From NCBI RefSeq assembly GCF_006345805.1, contig NC_043002.1:64294001-64358000 (forward strand): a DNA stretch of 64,000 bases, given 5' to 3'. The notes under the pieces were generated by a model, which was given only the letters and a program-made list of their open reading frames with translations, searched no databases and was not told the DNA's origin. Shown one piece after another: positions 23,354 to 37,289 of this stretch (positions are counted from its first letter, which is position 1; each line of letters opens with the position of its first letter). The stretch is from Octopus sinensis. Taxonomy: Eukaryota. The position numbers and the translations under genes were made by a program.

Positions 23354-23805
23354 AGAGTCGCTGTGTGGTAAGTAGCTTGCTTACGAACCATATGGTTCCA
23401 GGTTCAGTTCCACTGTGTGGTAACTTAAGCAAGTGTATTCTACTATAGTCTCGGGCCAACCAAAGCCTTGTGAGTGGATTTGGTAGACGGAAACTGAAAG
23501 AAGCCCGTCGTAGATATATATATATATATATTATATATATATATATATACGTGTGTGTGTGTGTGTGTGTTTGTATATGTTTGTATATGTTTGTGCGTCT
23601 GTGTTTATTCCCTCCCCTCAACATTGCTTGACAACCAATGCTGCTGTGCTTACGTCCCCGTAACTTAGCGGTTCAGCAAAAATGAACGACAGAATAAGTA
23701 CTAGGCTTATAAAGAATAAGTCTTGTGGTCGATTTGCTCGAGTAAAAGCGGTTATCCAGCATGTCCACGGTCAAACGACTAAAACTAGTAAAAGATTAAA
23801 AGAAC
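23354..23805 (+). mobile_element. Family 2 SINE
   Basis: Head, internal (TA)(TG)n and tail all present. Confidence 0.85.
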
Positions 23806-24775
23806 ACATATATCTTTATTAAGAAATTATGTAGTTATTGTAGATGATTTTAGGAAATAACTTGACCTCTTGCTAACCAAGATCCCATATGAGCCAATAT
23901 CAAGGCAGAGGAGGATTCAAAAGCCAATCACTGAATTAGTCGTTAAAGGGGTCATTACACGGGCGGTGTCCCAGCATGGCCACAGGCTTAAGGTTGAAAC
24001 ATATAAAGGAATAAAAAAATGAAGAACATTGACTCGCTGGATAAAAAAATAAACCTACGCTTTCCATGTTAAAATTCTTCGTTTCTGCTCTCTGTTTTAA
24101 CTGTTTAATTTTCATAACGATTTCCGCAATAAACTTGTTGAAGATTCTCTACATCAGAGAAAGGAAACAAAAGAATATTCCAAATGCAGCCGAAATGCAC
24201 ATGCCATGTGCACTGGATAATAATGTTTATTAAGGTACTCCAGTAGCAGATCATCATCAAATAAATGTGGCATTTAATCTAGAGATATTAAATCCCTCAG
24301 CGGATATCTATTACAATATTCTAACGGTTATGCTCAGTAAAAAACACCGATATTTTTTTTTTAGAGAATCGAAGGAAAATATGACATACATTAAGGCATC
24401 AAAATATTCATTGATATTCAAGGATGAACAAACAAGTCTGATTTGCTGAAATTACTACAGTCAAAGTTTAATAAAAATGGCCATATTGCGCTCTTGCAGA
24501 TTCATAAGAAATCGCAGCTACGCTGTATGACAACGTCGTTTCTCGATCTGGTCATTGCATTCATATGTATTCATCAACCACACAAGTTTTCATATTTTGA
24601 CACGCTGTGATATATTTTCTAAGAGGCCGTAAAACGCCTGGGTGATATATATCAGGGAATTCCTTCTTTATCAGAAATGGCTTAACTTTTGCGGTGCAAA
24701 TGTAAGGAAAGAAAGTCAATATGTTCTCGATATATATTGTGGTGAATGTACATGTACTCAATTATTAATTGAAGC

Positions 24776-24831
<56 letters not shown>

Positions 24832-25227
24832 CAGGATGTGTGTGCGTACATGAATGTAATTTATGCACGTCCACAAATTAGCAGGCATGTCGCTCCAATT
24901 TTAGGAGGACATTGTTGACATGTATTTTCGTTAAATTATTTTTCCCAGAGACACCAGCGAATAGCAGACAAATAAATTTTCAACCAAAACTTTTAACAAT
25001 TTTCAAATCGGAGAAATCACCACTGTTTGCAAACAGGATTAAGTCCCCTTCTCGCGACGAGTAAGTTTTTCTTAAGACTTTTGTTTTATATTTTTTCCAT
25101 CGGGGAAGAAAGTGTTTTGCTCATATACGAGCTACACACACACACATACACGAACATATATGCGTACAAAAACATGTATGCAATAGGTGTACACAAGTAC
25201 ATGTGTGTATGTGTGTGTGCGTGTTGT

Positions 25228-25267
<40 letters not shown>

Positions 25268-25452
25268 TAAGCAATAAAGGGTTTAGCAACGAATTGCCTT
25301 ACCACATACCGAATTTAGAAATAGCAGTCAAAGAGTTATAGCTATTTCTTCTGCTAAAAAGGGAGATCTCAGTAAAAACAGCAATTGGAAGGCAGACACA
25401 AACAGGTAAGAGAGAATGAATTGACGGCAATCTATCATACATTTTTAAGTTA

Positions 25453-25559
25453 TCTACGGACGTACGTTTCGAAATCAAGTTTTTAGGAAAGCATAAGAAT
25501 TAAATATTAAATATTAAATAATTCTATCTTACCGAAACTTCTTTTCTCTTCAGCGTAGA
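25453..25559 (-). ncRNA. Type I hammerhead ribozyme, intact core, GUC site
   Basis: ucuacg-CUGAAGA-gaaa-ag-aaguuu...aaacuu-ga-uuuc-GAAAC-guac-GUC-cguaga. Confidence 0.88.
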
Positions 25560-26052
25560 ATACTATAATCATAAATGATTATATATTGAATTTTGAGATA
25601 CTAGAAGGCACCAACTCAACTCAGTATCAGAGCGAGCTAGAATCCGCAACTAGTATCACCGAATTCAATGTGTGAATGAAACGATTGTGTCACCAGCCCC
25701 TTCCCACCCGCGTGTAGCCAAAACAAGATGCTGTGGTCATCTACTGAGATAAAATATGGTTATCCGTAATAATGAAGGGTGAAATTAATTAATTTGGAAT
25801 AATTATCAATTACACCAAGTAGTCTTCGGCATGTAAACGCCTCATTCGAGGAAAATTTAAGTAATACTAAGCAATAAAGGGTTTAGCAACGAATTGCCTT
25901 ACCACATACCGAATTTAGAAATAGCAGTCAAAGAGTTATAGCTATTTCTACTACTAAAAAGGGAGATCTCAGTAAAAACAGCAATTGGAAGGCAGACACA
26001 AACAGGTAAGAGAGAATGAATTGACGGCAATCTATCATACAATTTTAAGTTA

Positions 26053-26153
26053 TCTACGGACGTACGTTTCGAAATCAAGTTTTTAGGAAAGCATAAGAAT
26101 TAAATATTAAATAATTCTATCTTACCAAAAACTTCTTTTCTCTTCAGCGTAGA
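26053..26153 (-). ncRNA. Type I hammerhead ribozyme, intact core, GUC site
   Basis: Same as 25453-25559; differences are confined to the stem II loop. Confidence 0.88.
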
Positions 26154-26309
26154 ATACTATAATCATAAATGATTATATATTGAATTTTGAGATACTAGAA
26201 GGCACCAACTCAACTCAGTATCAGAGCGAGCTAGAACCCGCAACTAGTATCACCAAATTCAATGTGTGAATGGAAAGATTGTGTCACAAGAATATATATA
26301 TATATTCGC

Positions 26310-26500
26310 CATGACAGATTGGTAGCCATTACACACATTTTTCTCTCCTTGGTTCTTTCTGTGTTCCCTTCTGTGGAAGAGCGTAGGCTCGAAATATTAA
26401 AGAAGTTTTCAATTCCCGAGCGTTATACTAACACATCTGTTTGTTTTCCACACGACCTGTCTTCGTATTTTTTTTGTGAACTTTTCCTCTATATGTATAT
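26310..26500 (+). mobile_element. Short (TA)n-flanked PLE-like module with a hammerhead-like motif
   Basis: ctgtGGAAGAgcgtaggctcGAAATattaaaga at about 26371-26403; 5' core non-canonical. Confidence 0.4.
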
Positions 26501-26962
26501 TTAAACCAATTTCAACGGATTTCGCCCACATTTGACGTCCATATTACTTAGTTTAGTTTGAAATAAAGAACCTGATTAGCTTAATAATCCTAACTTAATC
26601 TCGAGCAAAGCCGGGTCATTCTGCTAGTATTTATTTATTTTACAGCCAACTCTCACTCGAAGATTGTTTTAGTTGTCTATACACTTTTTTTCTGAGTAGG
26701 ATACCCTATACACTCTCAAACGTGGCTCAACAGCTCATCACAGATACCGCAATCAAAGAGAGGAGAGAGAGAGAGACGGAGAGAAATTATCCATAACTGT
26801 TATATACTTATAGTTGAGTAGACGGGAGCCGTGTGAATGAGCATGTCTTGTTTAAAAAAACGAACTGCTGCTCACCCTAGAAATAGATACCACGAAATTG
26901 AGACCATAACACGACCATCCTAACTATATAAATAACAACACGCCTTCCCTCATATCATTTTT

Positions 26963-26996
<34 letters not shown>

Positions 26997-27779
26997 TAAC
27001 CTGGGATTGATTATTAGTTGTATTCCTTGTTCTTCTTTCGATTCAAGTTATCACTAGTATTGATAATTTTTATTATTATATAGCAAATCTATATTTTGTA
27101 ATTAAAATTTCAATGGATGGCATCATCTTTTTATCTTTAGTTTACAATTACAGCTCCTTCTATTTCAACACTAACCTCCTAGCAAATCGACATTGCGACG
27201 TATAGTTCATAATATTTCAATACTTGTTTATATTATTGTCGCATGCAAGGCGTTCGAGATAGAAAGACACGCACAGTCAGATACGGGATTTGATATCTCT
27301 TTCATCTTCTTACCTTGGGCAGTCCTACAGATAAACATTCAAAATCAAAATCATCAGCTTCTATCTTGTTTGTGTTTTAGTCTCACATAATAATAAAACG
27401 CAGATGAACAAGCACAAACAGGTTGAATAACCAATATGATTCTTTTCTATTTTTTTTTTTTTTTACTTCTCATGTGAAGATATCACATAGATTCACACAT
27501 AATTCCTATATTGTTTCCATTGAATCAAGGAGCGCCGTAGAGAATGATTAAAGTTTTGAGTTAGAAGATAACTTTATGCTGTTTTGATCAATAGCTAAAA
27601 TCTATTTCCAAGTCATTTCACACATACATCTAATGATGTCTGAAACAACGTAGGCTCGTTCCACTATCACAAATCTCCATTTTCCCAAAGAATAAAGGCT
27701 GTATATATTCTTAAAAAAGGACGCAATATTGATTTTCTCTCCATCAAATATGTTAAAACTTTGAGCTAAACGGAGGACG

Positions 27780-28520
27780 TATGTTGCATTTCAACTTATG
27801 AAGGAAATTGAATCTCACCATTTACGCCATTTACTGATGCTGTAAATGTTATTTAATCGTTAAATTTAGTGCATAAATTGTTAGAAATGGCGTACATATC
27901 ATTTAGTGCCTAACACAATCAGAAAGCTAAAATGCTGAGAATTTTCATACGTGCTCTTCGACCAAATCGAAATATTAGTGAAGATTTCCTTCGTCATTTA
28001 GTGAATGTAATGCCACCATAGATATATTAAGACAAAATAGAGAATACGGAACTATAATTCCAATGAAATGGCTCAATACATGTGTTTAGAATGCCTTTGA
28101 TCATAAGCCTATTCGATCCAGTATGAACCAGAGCAAATCAATTTATACCGAAGAAGAAATATACTTTGAAATTATTTGCTTCAAAGGGAATGTCTCTTAC
28201 TCTGAATATTTTCTTATAAGGATATGTTATAATATACAATATGGAGTTGAATGGTAGGAATCTAGCAACAGAAAGAAATGTGAGGAAAATATTTTGTAGA
28301 GATATTTGAGCCTATATTCGTAGTCATCACATTCTTGCTGAGGTACTTGGAGCGGACAATTCATTGACATTCCCGCCGACCTATAATGCGACGAACAGGC
28401 TGAATCTTTGACGCATCTTTTCGTTAACTATGCCATTCATCCTTACACTGTCGATAATATTAAGAACTAGAGCATCTGTAAAATTCATTCAGCTATATGC
28501 TCTGTTCTTTTCTCTTTTTT
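27780..28520 (+). mobile_element. Highly decayed mariner-like transposase relic
   Basis: MKEIESHHLRHLLML start resembling the mariner N-terminal HTH, and an HLF-like remnant near 28410; no TIRs found. Confidence 0.35.
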
Positions 28521-28675
28521 TGCCAAATTTAGATGAATTCAATACTGCCTTACAAACTGTTAATTTTGCTAAGTACCGTTACCTAACGTGTCGACTGACT
28601 ACTTCCTAAAATTGCGGGATTTTTGTCTATTTCAGAGAATATTATTTCTAACAGAAAGAATTAGATACCTACCTA

Positions 28676-28830
28676 AGGCTGCGAGCTGGTAGTACCGTTA
28701 AGACGCCAGGCAAAATGCTCAGCGGTATTTTGTCCGTCTTTAAATTCGGAGTCGTTTAAATAAGTACCAGTTACACACTGAATCGACTTAATCTCTTCCC
28801 CCAAATATGAGGCCTTGTACTTTCAGTAGA
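28676..28830 (+). mobile_element. Family 1 SINE, diverged
   Basis: gcgagctggtagtaccgttaagacgccaggcaaaatgc. Confidence 0.7.
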
Positions 28831-28869
28831 TTTGATTGATTTATTCAAATCTACATTTATCTTTATTCA

Positions 28870-29232
<363 letters not shown>

Positions 29233-30685
29233 CATTATTATTATTATCAAAGTGATGTTTGCTTAAACCAGGTTTCATATGATAAGCGAATCATACATTG
29301 CGGAACACTTGAAAAAGGTGATTATCATTCTATTCTTTAACTCTCACTCATTATTTAGCAATAAACTATACTTGATAACTTAGCGAAGAAATTCAGGCGA
29401 TTGATATTCAAGTATTTTATTCATAATCAGAATGCACTCACCTCAAGGGAACAGCTAGTATAATATCTCATTAAATTGCCCATCTTAGTTGCTAGTGTTT
29501 CATATCGATTTCAATCTTAAGACACAACCTACAGCGATTAATGTTATGTGCTAGATGCAATATTTCATACCATTAGACGATGCCAAACGGGTCGTTGTGA
29601 TATCTATGCCTTTCCTAGAGTATTAGTTATCATGCCATTTTGGATTCTATGACGATTTGTTTTTCCCATTAATTGAGTTCCTACAACATCCCCTTTGTTA
29701 TTAATTTCTGAATTTCTCCAAATGGCGGAGATGTGTACATGTATATATCTTAGAGTTATTGTGTCAAATATGCGAGTATGAAACGAATTCATTGTCCACT
29801 TTCTGGGTCCATCACATGCGGTTCGTTCACATTACATTCATCAAATATTTAGTTGCAATCTCTACCCAATTGTCTCATATTTAAATTGTATGCATATAAT
29901 TTATATGACTCGGAAATAGATATTGTAATAAAGTTCAATCATATGTATTTCGTTGAAAAAATACCGAATTTCATACCCGGCAATATTACCATTAATTTGT
30001 TGTTTCGCATCTAATTTCGAATCGCAACGATAGATTTTTATCAACTTATGAAATCAGAAAGCATATGCTGGACTCAAGTAAATTCTCTGGAAGTATGATA
30101 TAAACTTAACAAAATAGAGATAAATGTTTATTTTTGAAAAGAAAACTTGATATATTCATAATATTTTTGCTTTTGTATATTAATTGCTAATTATTATATA
30201 AATTGGATCTGTTTCAGTGGATTATGAATACGCTGGAATTTTCCGCAAACTCATTCGTGTAAAGTGGATAAGAATAGAATTCCTCATTTAGATGGTACGT
30301 CCTTATGAAAATGATTGTTTTATTTAATCACTGTTAACGTGGAGTACGTTAAATTGACAAAATAGAAGATTAATGCGTTACAGATACCACAATATTGTAG
30401 CCAGTTGTCAGGTACTAAATATTATGAACTGATCATAATGTGATCACAGATTAAGTCTGTAATAAAATTCAATGAAATAAAAACTAATGTGCACCTGTAA
30501 CTAATACATTAAAAACTACTGATCACGTAATTAAATTTTTCATTTATGCAACATATCTAAACCTAGACTCTGCAGCATAATGAACTGAGACAATCAGTCA
30601 TGCTTTCACAAAATTTTGTCACATGTTATTACAAATGGACTGTATATATAAAAAAAAATCAACACTAGCTGTAGTTTAGATAATA

Positions 30686-31244
30686 TTGGGTTGTCCGGAA
30701 ATTTCGTGACAATTTATAGTAGCTGGACTTTCGACTTATTTTAGGACATGGTTGATTCCATGAAATAGGATTTAAGTACACCTCCATTTCGAACACAGTT
30801 TAAGCTATCTTTTCGTGGAAGAAGATTTATGTTCCTATAACATGTGTTAATTCTGTAACACTTTAAACGGAAGATAAGAAAGTTCATTTTCGGCACTTGA
30901 TGATTTGGGAATCAGACAAAAATTGCTGCAGCTCGGCTGGGATGTGTTACCCCACGCTTTAAATTCCCCAGATATTGCTTCTTCGGATTTCCACTTATTC
31001 AGGTCTCTGCAGAATAGTCTTAATGGTAAAAATTTCAATTCCTTGAATGACGTAAAAAGATACATTGATGAATTCTACGCAATGAAACCGTCTCAATTCT
31101 AGGAAGAGGGTATTTTCAAGTTAATGGAAAGATGGAGACGCATTGCGCAGCAAAATGATTCATATTTGGTTGTTCAAAAATGTAATGGCAAATATTTATT
31201 GACCATTTTCTTTCCTTTAAAAGTAGGCTTTCCGGACTACCGAA
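30686..31244 (+). mobile_element. Second copy of the ~560-bp internally deleted mariner
   Basis: TA + ttgggttgtccggaaa ... tttccggactaccgaa + TA; ORF HALNSPDIASSDFHLFRSL; colinear with 783-1346. Confidence 0.92.
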
Positions 31245-32218
31245 TAGATGCCAGTTATACATTTATGAATATATATATCAAGCCTTGCCTTAGCACAACA
31301 TTCTTGTCACATAATTACAAAAAATATACTGGCAAGATGCCCTGTCTTATTCACATACTTTTTCTTTTGCTCTATTCCTTTTAATCTTTTACTAATTTCA
31401 GTCATGAGATTCTAGTTAGACCGTTTGCCAAATACTTAGAGAAAAACCTTCTAAATGTTTAGCAAACAGTATCGAAATCAGATTTTCTTTCTCTTCTGAG
31501 AGACTTGTTAAGATAACTTGAGTTATACCCTTCAATGGAAATTACTGTTTATGGAGGAGATATCACACTTATTTACGACGATTTACAACACTATAAACAA
31601 ACAAGAGGAAAAGTAAACACGTATAAACACACACTTTCTAGTTTATTCTATGAAATTGCACTGACAAAACATTGTTCAATAAGAAATTATGAGAGAAGAC
31701 AATTCATCAGAGCTCCATGCAATTTGATCGAACTCATGGTAGCCAAGCGAACAGTTTAACCATTCAACCATATCTACGTATCGATATTGATCGCGATTGT
31801 TGATTATTGTAAATTCGATGCAATTTTACAGAGTAAATAGTTGCACTGAAATGTTTAATCATATGTCAATATACAGAATAAATGATCCGATGACTTAGGT
31901 TTGGTAATGGTGTACGAAGAAATATATTTTAAATATAATAGAGCATATGGATGGCGTATTTGCATACACACTTACTTATGCCAGCCGACCTTGTCTGAAA
32001 TAATTCTGTGGCAGACGTTCCGCTGATATGAACTTGAGAAAAGAATGATCATTCAAACGTATCCTACACGTCTCAAGCCATAGTATTTAAAGTACATAAA
32101 CATTGAACGAAAATAAAAGCATGGAAAAATTAATGGAAAAAGTTTTCTGGTTAAATAAATAAATAAACATTAACTATGTTACTTAATGTGCAACTTTATT
32201 TTGATAAGGATAAGTGAA

Positions 32219-32492
32219 CATTATTTACATTATTTACATCCGACGGATATTTGTCCTCATTTATTTGTTGCTGACACAACGTTTCAGTTGTTATACCCGC
32301 CAGTCTTGGGGAAATTTCGAGCCTGGGTTCACATTCCTAGGGTATTTTCGATGTTATTATTAGTATTGTTGTTATTTATCAGGTCACTGCCTGGAATCGA
32401 ACTCGGAATCTTGGGGTTAGTAGACAGCACTCTTAACCATTACGCCATATGCCACGGGCATATGACGTAGAGTTCGATTCCAGGCAGTGACT

Positions 32493-32546
<54 letters not shown>

Positions 32547-32653
32547 GTAATAAATAATAATAATAATAATAATAGTAATAAATAATAATAATAATAATAG
32601 TAATAAATAATAATAATAATAATAGTAATAATAATAATAATAGTAATAATAAT
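32219..32653. mobile_element. Third double-headed palindromic element (deletions in both arms)
   Basis: Centre tacgccatatgcc-ac-gggcatatgacgta at 32441-32469; left arm keeps the tail and GAAACGUU half-core; right arm has head and (AAT)n. Confidence 0.82.
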
Positions 32654-33199
32654 GCAGTACCAGGCAGTGGCTCTCATGGCTTCTGATCTTAACTGATTGG
32701 AAGTGTTATCATGTACATTGTTTTGTCTTGGTATAAAAGATGGGCTACAGCAAATATTCTGCTCAATACCACAGATTTGCTTGTCAGTTGTTTGACCTTA
32801 ACCAGTTGAGCATGTCCCTTCGTGGCTGACAATATGTGCATCTCTGATCACGAGCAGAAGTAGTGGGGGAGCATCATAGCCATGTGTTGAGAGGGATTCT
32901 TTGGGGTTTGAATAGTTCACCTCTGGAAACATGGGTGGTTCTTTCAACATCCTTAAACAACCCTTATTCAGGGACCGTTTGAGCGGGATGGGCTACTCAA
33001 TCTGAAGAAAATTCTAACTGGGCCCCACCTGCAAGGTCATGTGCTGGTTATCTTGATATGAGATCACCATGTCGCGCACATATGGTTGTGATGCATGTGC
33101 CTGGTGTACCTTTATCAGACGGGTAGTCATGATGGGTATATTGGGCTTCGTATATTTTACCCCAGTGTCACTTTGATGGCATGCACTGCTCTCTCACTC
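32654..33199 (+). mobile_element. ~545-bp non-coding insertion inside (AAT)n
   Basis: Sharp GC-richer block with (AAT)n on both sides; no ORF recognised. Confidence 0.6.
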
Positions 33200-33230
33200 A
33201 ATAATAATAATAGTAATAATAATAATAATA

Positions 33231-33269
<39 letters not shown>

Positions 33270-33579
33270 GTAATAATAGTAATAATAATAATAGTAATAA
33301 TAATAGTAATAATAATAATAGTAGTAATAATAATAATAGTAAGAAGAAGAAGCACAAAAGCAACAACAACAACTTAACTGAAGGATAAATGAATGTAAAC
33401 TATCGCAGTAATAATGTAAACCGGTCAAATGTAAAATCGAAATTTGTAGCGTTTCGATGTTGGGGTTTGACAGTGGTCGTGAATATATAAGCCAGTTGTC
33501 TACAGAAAAGAATGCTAGTAACTTAAAATAACAGGGGAACGGATACCGAGAGGAAAATCCCGCAGATAATTAACCACTA

Positions 33580-33830
33580 GCATTGTTTGTTGTTCTTGTT
33601 TGTTCCTTCTCAATTCACGCCTGGCTCATAAGGGCCGGTTTCCTGCTAACTTCGACTTTTTCCCCAAGATGGAAATGCCGCTCAACTGACGCTGTTTTAA
33701 TACTGTTGTCAAGATCCAGAGAGAATTGCAGAAGGTCCTCGACTCGCTTACGGGAAACGCCTTCCCGACCAGATTCCAGTAGTGGAGTGGACGCTGGGGC
33801 CGCTATATTGCTGCGCAATACATTTTGAAG
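33580..33830 (-). mobile_element. Probable RTE-like LINE 3' end
   Basis: Ends ggaaaccggcccttatgagccaggcgtga...aaggaacaaacaagaacaac, similar to the SINE tail at 58030-58070. Confidence 0.45.
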
Positions 33831-34409
33831 GAGATGATGTTAAAACTTAGACGATACGTTCTTTTTAGTAAACATTATTTCTCCGGTAGCTTTTTGATAC
33901 TGCCTCGTATATGAGTTAAGAGCTATGAAAAGCACATATTATATTGACTGCAAACATTTTGTCAACTCTGCGGGATGACACTGTTGTATCATCGTATATT
34001 GCAAATCATGTTTCGCTGTCACTGGTGCTCAAAAAAACCCCCACAAGCAAGTTAAGTTGGAGGTGATAATTACTATTCATTACAAACGCTACTTTCTTCA
34101 CTAATTGCTAATGTACACTCAGCCTGCCAGCTTTCTTTGCGACATCTGCGGTTGCAAACTATATTAGTTCTACTAATATTTGATATCACATTCAATGCTT
34201 GGCTGGTGGCAATTCGAAAGTCACAATGTTGACGGATTTTACCAGCCAATATATTAAGTGCTTTTTTTAACCAAAAGCCTATACGAGGATAAATAATGGC
34301 AAACACTATTCAGAACAACATATTTAAGTTCAAATGGATGTGATTGGATGTAATAATTCATGAGTTACAGAGTATCTTTCCGTAGCTAATAACGTATGTA
34401 TGTTATTAT

Positions 34410-34542
34410 TCACCTTTATTTCGAGATTCTTTTTACCAAAAGAGAAGTCGGCTTATTACCTAGATTATAGGCTCTTTCATTGAGATTTCTACATTAACAG
34501 GGTATGTTTGTATGTATTTTTGTATGTATGTATGTATGTATG

Positions 34543-34574
<32 letters not shown>

Positions 34575-34938
34575 TGTATCCGTGCAGATTTTAAGGCTTT
34601 GCATTATGAATGTCTTCAGGTGTATAAACTTGCATATTTAGATATGCACATTATAATTAAATGTTAAACTTCTGGAAAGTTTTGCAAATTTTTACAATTC
34701 CAGTGATGGATTGGATTTGTAGACTTCGAATTGGATTTCTCCTTTCTGAGTTTGTATGCCTGTATGCATGCACTGACTTTAAATACTACAAGAAACACAT
34801 AAATCTATATATATATCTCTATCAGTATTATTGTTCAGTTTGTTTCAAGATTTCTTGCCAGCAGAGAGAGAGCCGGTTTCTAACCAAGATCCAAACCTCC
34901 TTCATTGGAATTTCAACTTCAGCAACAGGGTATTTTAC

Positions 34939-34969
<31 letters not shown>

Positions 34970-35020
34970 TGTATGTATGTATGTATGTATGTATGTATGT
35001 ATGTTTGTATGTATGTACGT
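34410..35020 (+). repeat. Two diverged ~100-bp units, each followed by (TATG)n
   Basis: tttc(g/a)agatt...ttcattg(a/g)...aacagggta at about 34415-34505 and 34820-34935. Confidence 0.6.
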
Positions 35021-35450
35021 ACGTATGGCAGGGAATTACGGAACAGATATCAGGAAGGTTCGATTAAAAGTTTATGTCACAAACTTATGTGCAAGCTGCG
35101 TATTTTTTGAAATACGGAAGATAGACTGTAATTATTGTGCGAAAGCTCCTTGGATAAAAAGAAAATTCATAGGCTATAAGTGGGATTCGACCGTACATCA
35201 CCTGTATATATTTTCGCGCTAATCCTGATTACTTATCTGCTTCAAGATCCAACTCTCTAATGCAGGAATAGAACCATCTTCTCTTGAAGTTTCCAAAGTC
35301 TTGTGACGTCAAAAACATAGGATTTCCCGGTGGAGAGAATACAGATTCAAAAATAGATATAAATATTCAAATGGTTTCTTTTCTACTCATGTGGATGTGT
35401 CCCACGAGCAACGTTCGACATCTGCTTTCCCAAATGTTTAAACGTTAGTT

Positions 35451-35495
<45 letters not shown>

Positions 35496-36418
35496 ACTCA
35501 CTCTGCGTAGAGTTCAATCATATAAAAATATAATATAATATATATATATATATATTATATATATATACATATATATATATATACATATGTAAATGTGCAT
35601 GCATACATCTATACATCTATACGTACATATATGTGCATATGGACACAGGTGGTCACGAACAGTGTACAACAATATATATTATTTATATCATATATATGTA
35701 CATGAGTGTATGCACACGTATGTGTACATGTTTGCATGTGTGTGTGTTTGTGTGTGTGTGTGCGTGTGTGCGTGTGTGCGTGAGTTCATGTATATATTAT
35801 ATTTTTATGTATAAATTATATTTTTAACGTACCTGTGTCTGGCCAACATAATTCATGGAATTATATTTTCATTGCCATAATAATTTTGCATATTTATGCT
35901 AATACATTTAGATATTCCTATAGGAAAATCATTGCTTATATAAATCAGAGTATTACACATACCGTCTCTTTTTTTGCGTGTGCTTTTATGTGTCCTTCTT
36001 ACGCGTTTGTACGCATATATATATATATATATATACACATACATACATACATATATATATATATATTATATATATATATATATATATATTTACATATGTA
36101 TAAATATATAATATGCATACATAAACGCATATACTTACACATTCACACGTACCAACACGTATGTCATGTGAGTCTGTATATTCATAGTCATATTCCTGCG
36201 CCGACACATGTGTGTATCTGTATGTGTATATGTTTATTTATGTATATTCCTCATATTTTCAATATCCGCGAGTTTGACCAAAGTAATTTACCCAATTATT
36301 TTTTCATTGCCGTAATAATTATGCATATTTATGTTAAAACATGTAGATGTCCCTTCGGGGAAATAATTGCTTATATAACAAAATGTTATTCTTTCTATGT
36401 TTGTCCCTCTCTCTCTCT

Positions 36419-36469
<51 letters not shown>

Positions 36470-37289
36470 TTGTGTGTGTGTGTGTGTGTGTATGTATATG
36501 GAGATAGATAGATATACAAACATATTAATATATGTTTGTGTACGTGTGTTTGTGTATGGTGGTACATTTGCGCCTAAGTGTAGTTACATACACATATATG
36601 TGTGTATGTACGCCAGTGTGTCTTCTGTGTGTGTTTGTATTTATGTACGTACGTAAAGAATGCATAATACGGGGTGCAGGAAATAACAAATATGCTGATG
36701 TCTTATAGTAATCTCTCGACTATCGCGGTTGTTATCTTCTCAAACCCTCCGCGGTAGTTGAATATCCGCGAAGTAGAAAGAGTAGTATACTGTATATTTT
36801 CTGTTTACTATTTTTATAATTTGTATATATTTATTTTATTATAAATGCAAAACAACACCACGGAGGAATCTACGTAAGCTTGAATAATACACCGTGATAA
36901 GGCGAGAGACTACCGTATTATATTGCTCTCTGCAAATCAACGAAAGATTTTTATTACTTTGAAGTCCTTTATCACACATAATATGATAACACTAAAAGGA
37001 AAAGTTGGAAGACAGGCAGTTATTTCTGCCATATATGCTGAACACAGCAGTTGAGGAATTGCCACCTTTCTCAGTATTGCAGCATATTTTGTTCTCAGAG
37101 AGTACCTTGCGAGAATTTTTCAACTACCAAATAGCAAAAATTCTTTATAATCATACGAACACTCTAAAGATATTACAATGCATCAAGTAGTATTTGTATT
37201 TGGAACTAAAACATCAATGAACAAATTTAGCTGTCGGCGTGAACCTTCAAAAGTGACTTGCCCAATGACATTCGATATAAGTTATGTGT

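Larger units (their letters stand above)
25265..26290 (-). mobile_element. Tandem pLTR-like/retrozyme-like element: two ~420-bp direct repeats at 600-bp spacing, inside (TA)n
   Basis: 25265-25690 versus 25865-26287 nearly identical; each carries an intact hammerhead. Confidence 0.85.

Noticed and set aside
25406-25553. Plus-strand intron-like signals (CAG|GTAAGA ... TTTTCTCTTCAG) in both direct repeats
   Set aside because: The apparent acceptor is just the antisense of the hammerhead CUGAAGA-gaaaag; no open exons flank it.
33615-33818. GC-rich 67-aa minus-strand ORF as a host terminal exon
   Set aside because: Its 3' end matches a retroelement tail also seen in a SINE; no protein family recognised.
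35835-36656. 273-aa ORF and the many IY/VC/poly-N/poly-L ORFs elsewhere
   Set aside because: Translations of (TA)n, (TG)n and triplet microsatellites, which lack stops in some frames.
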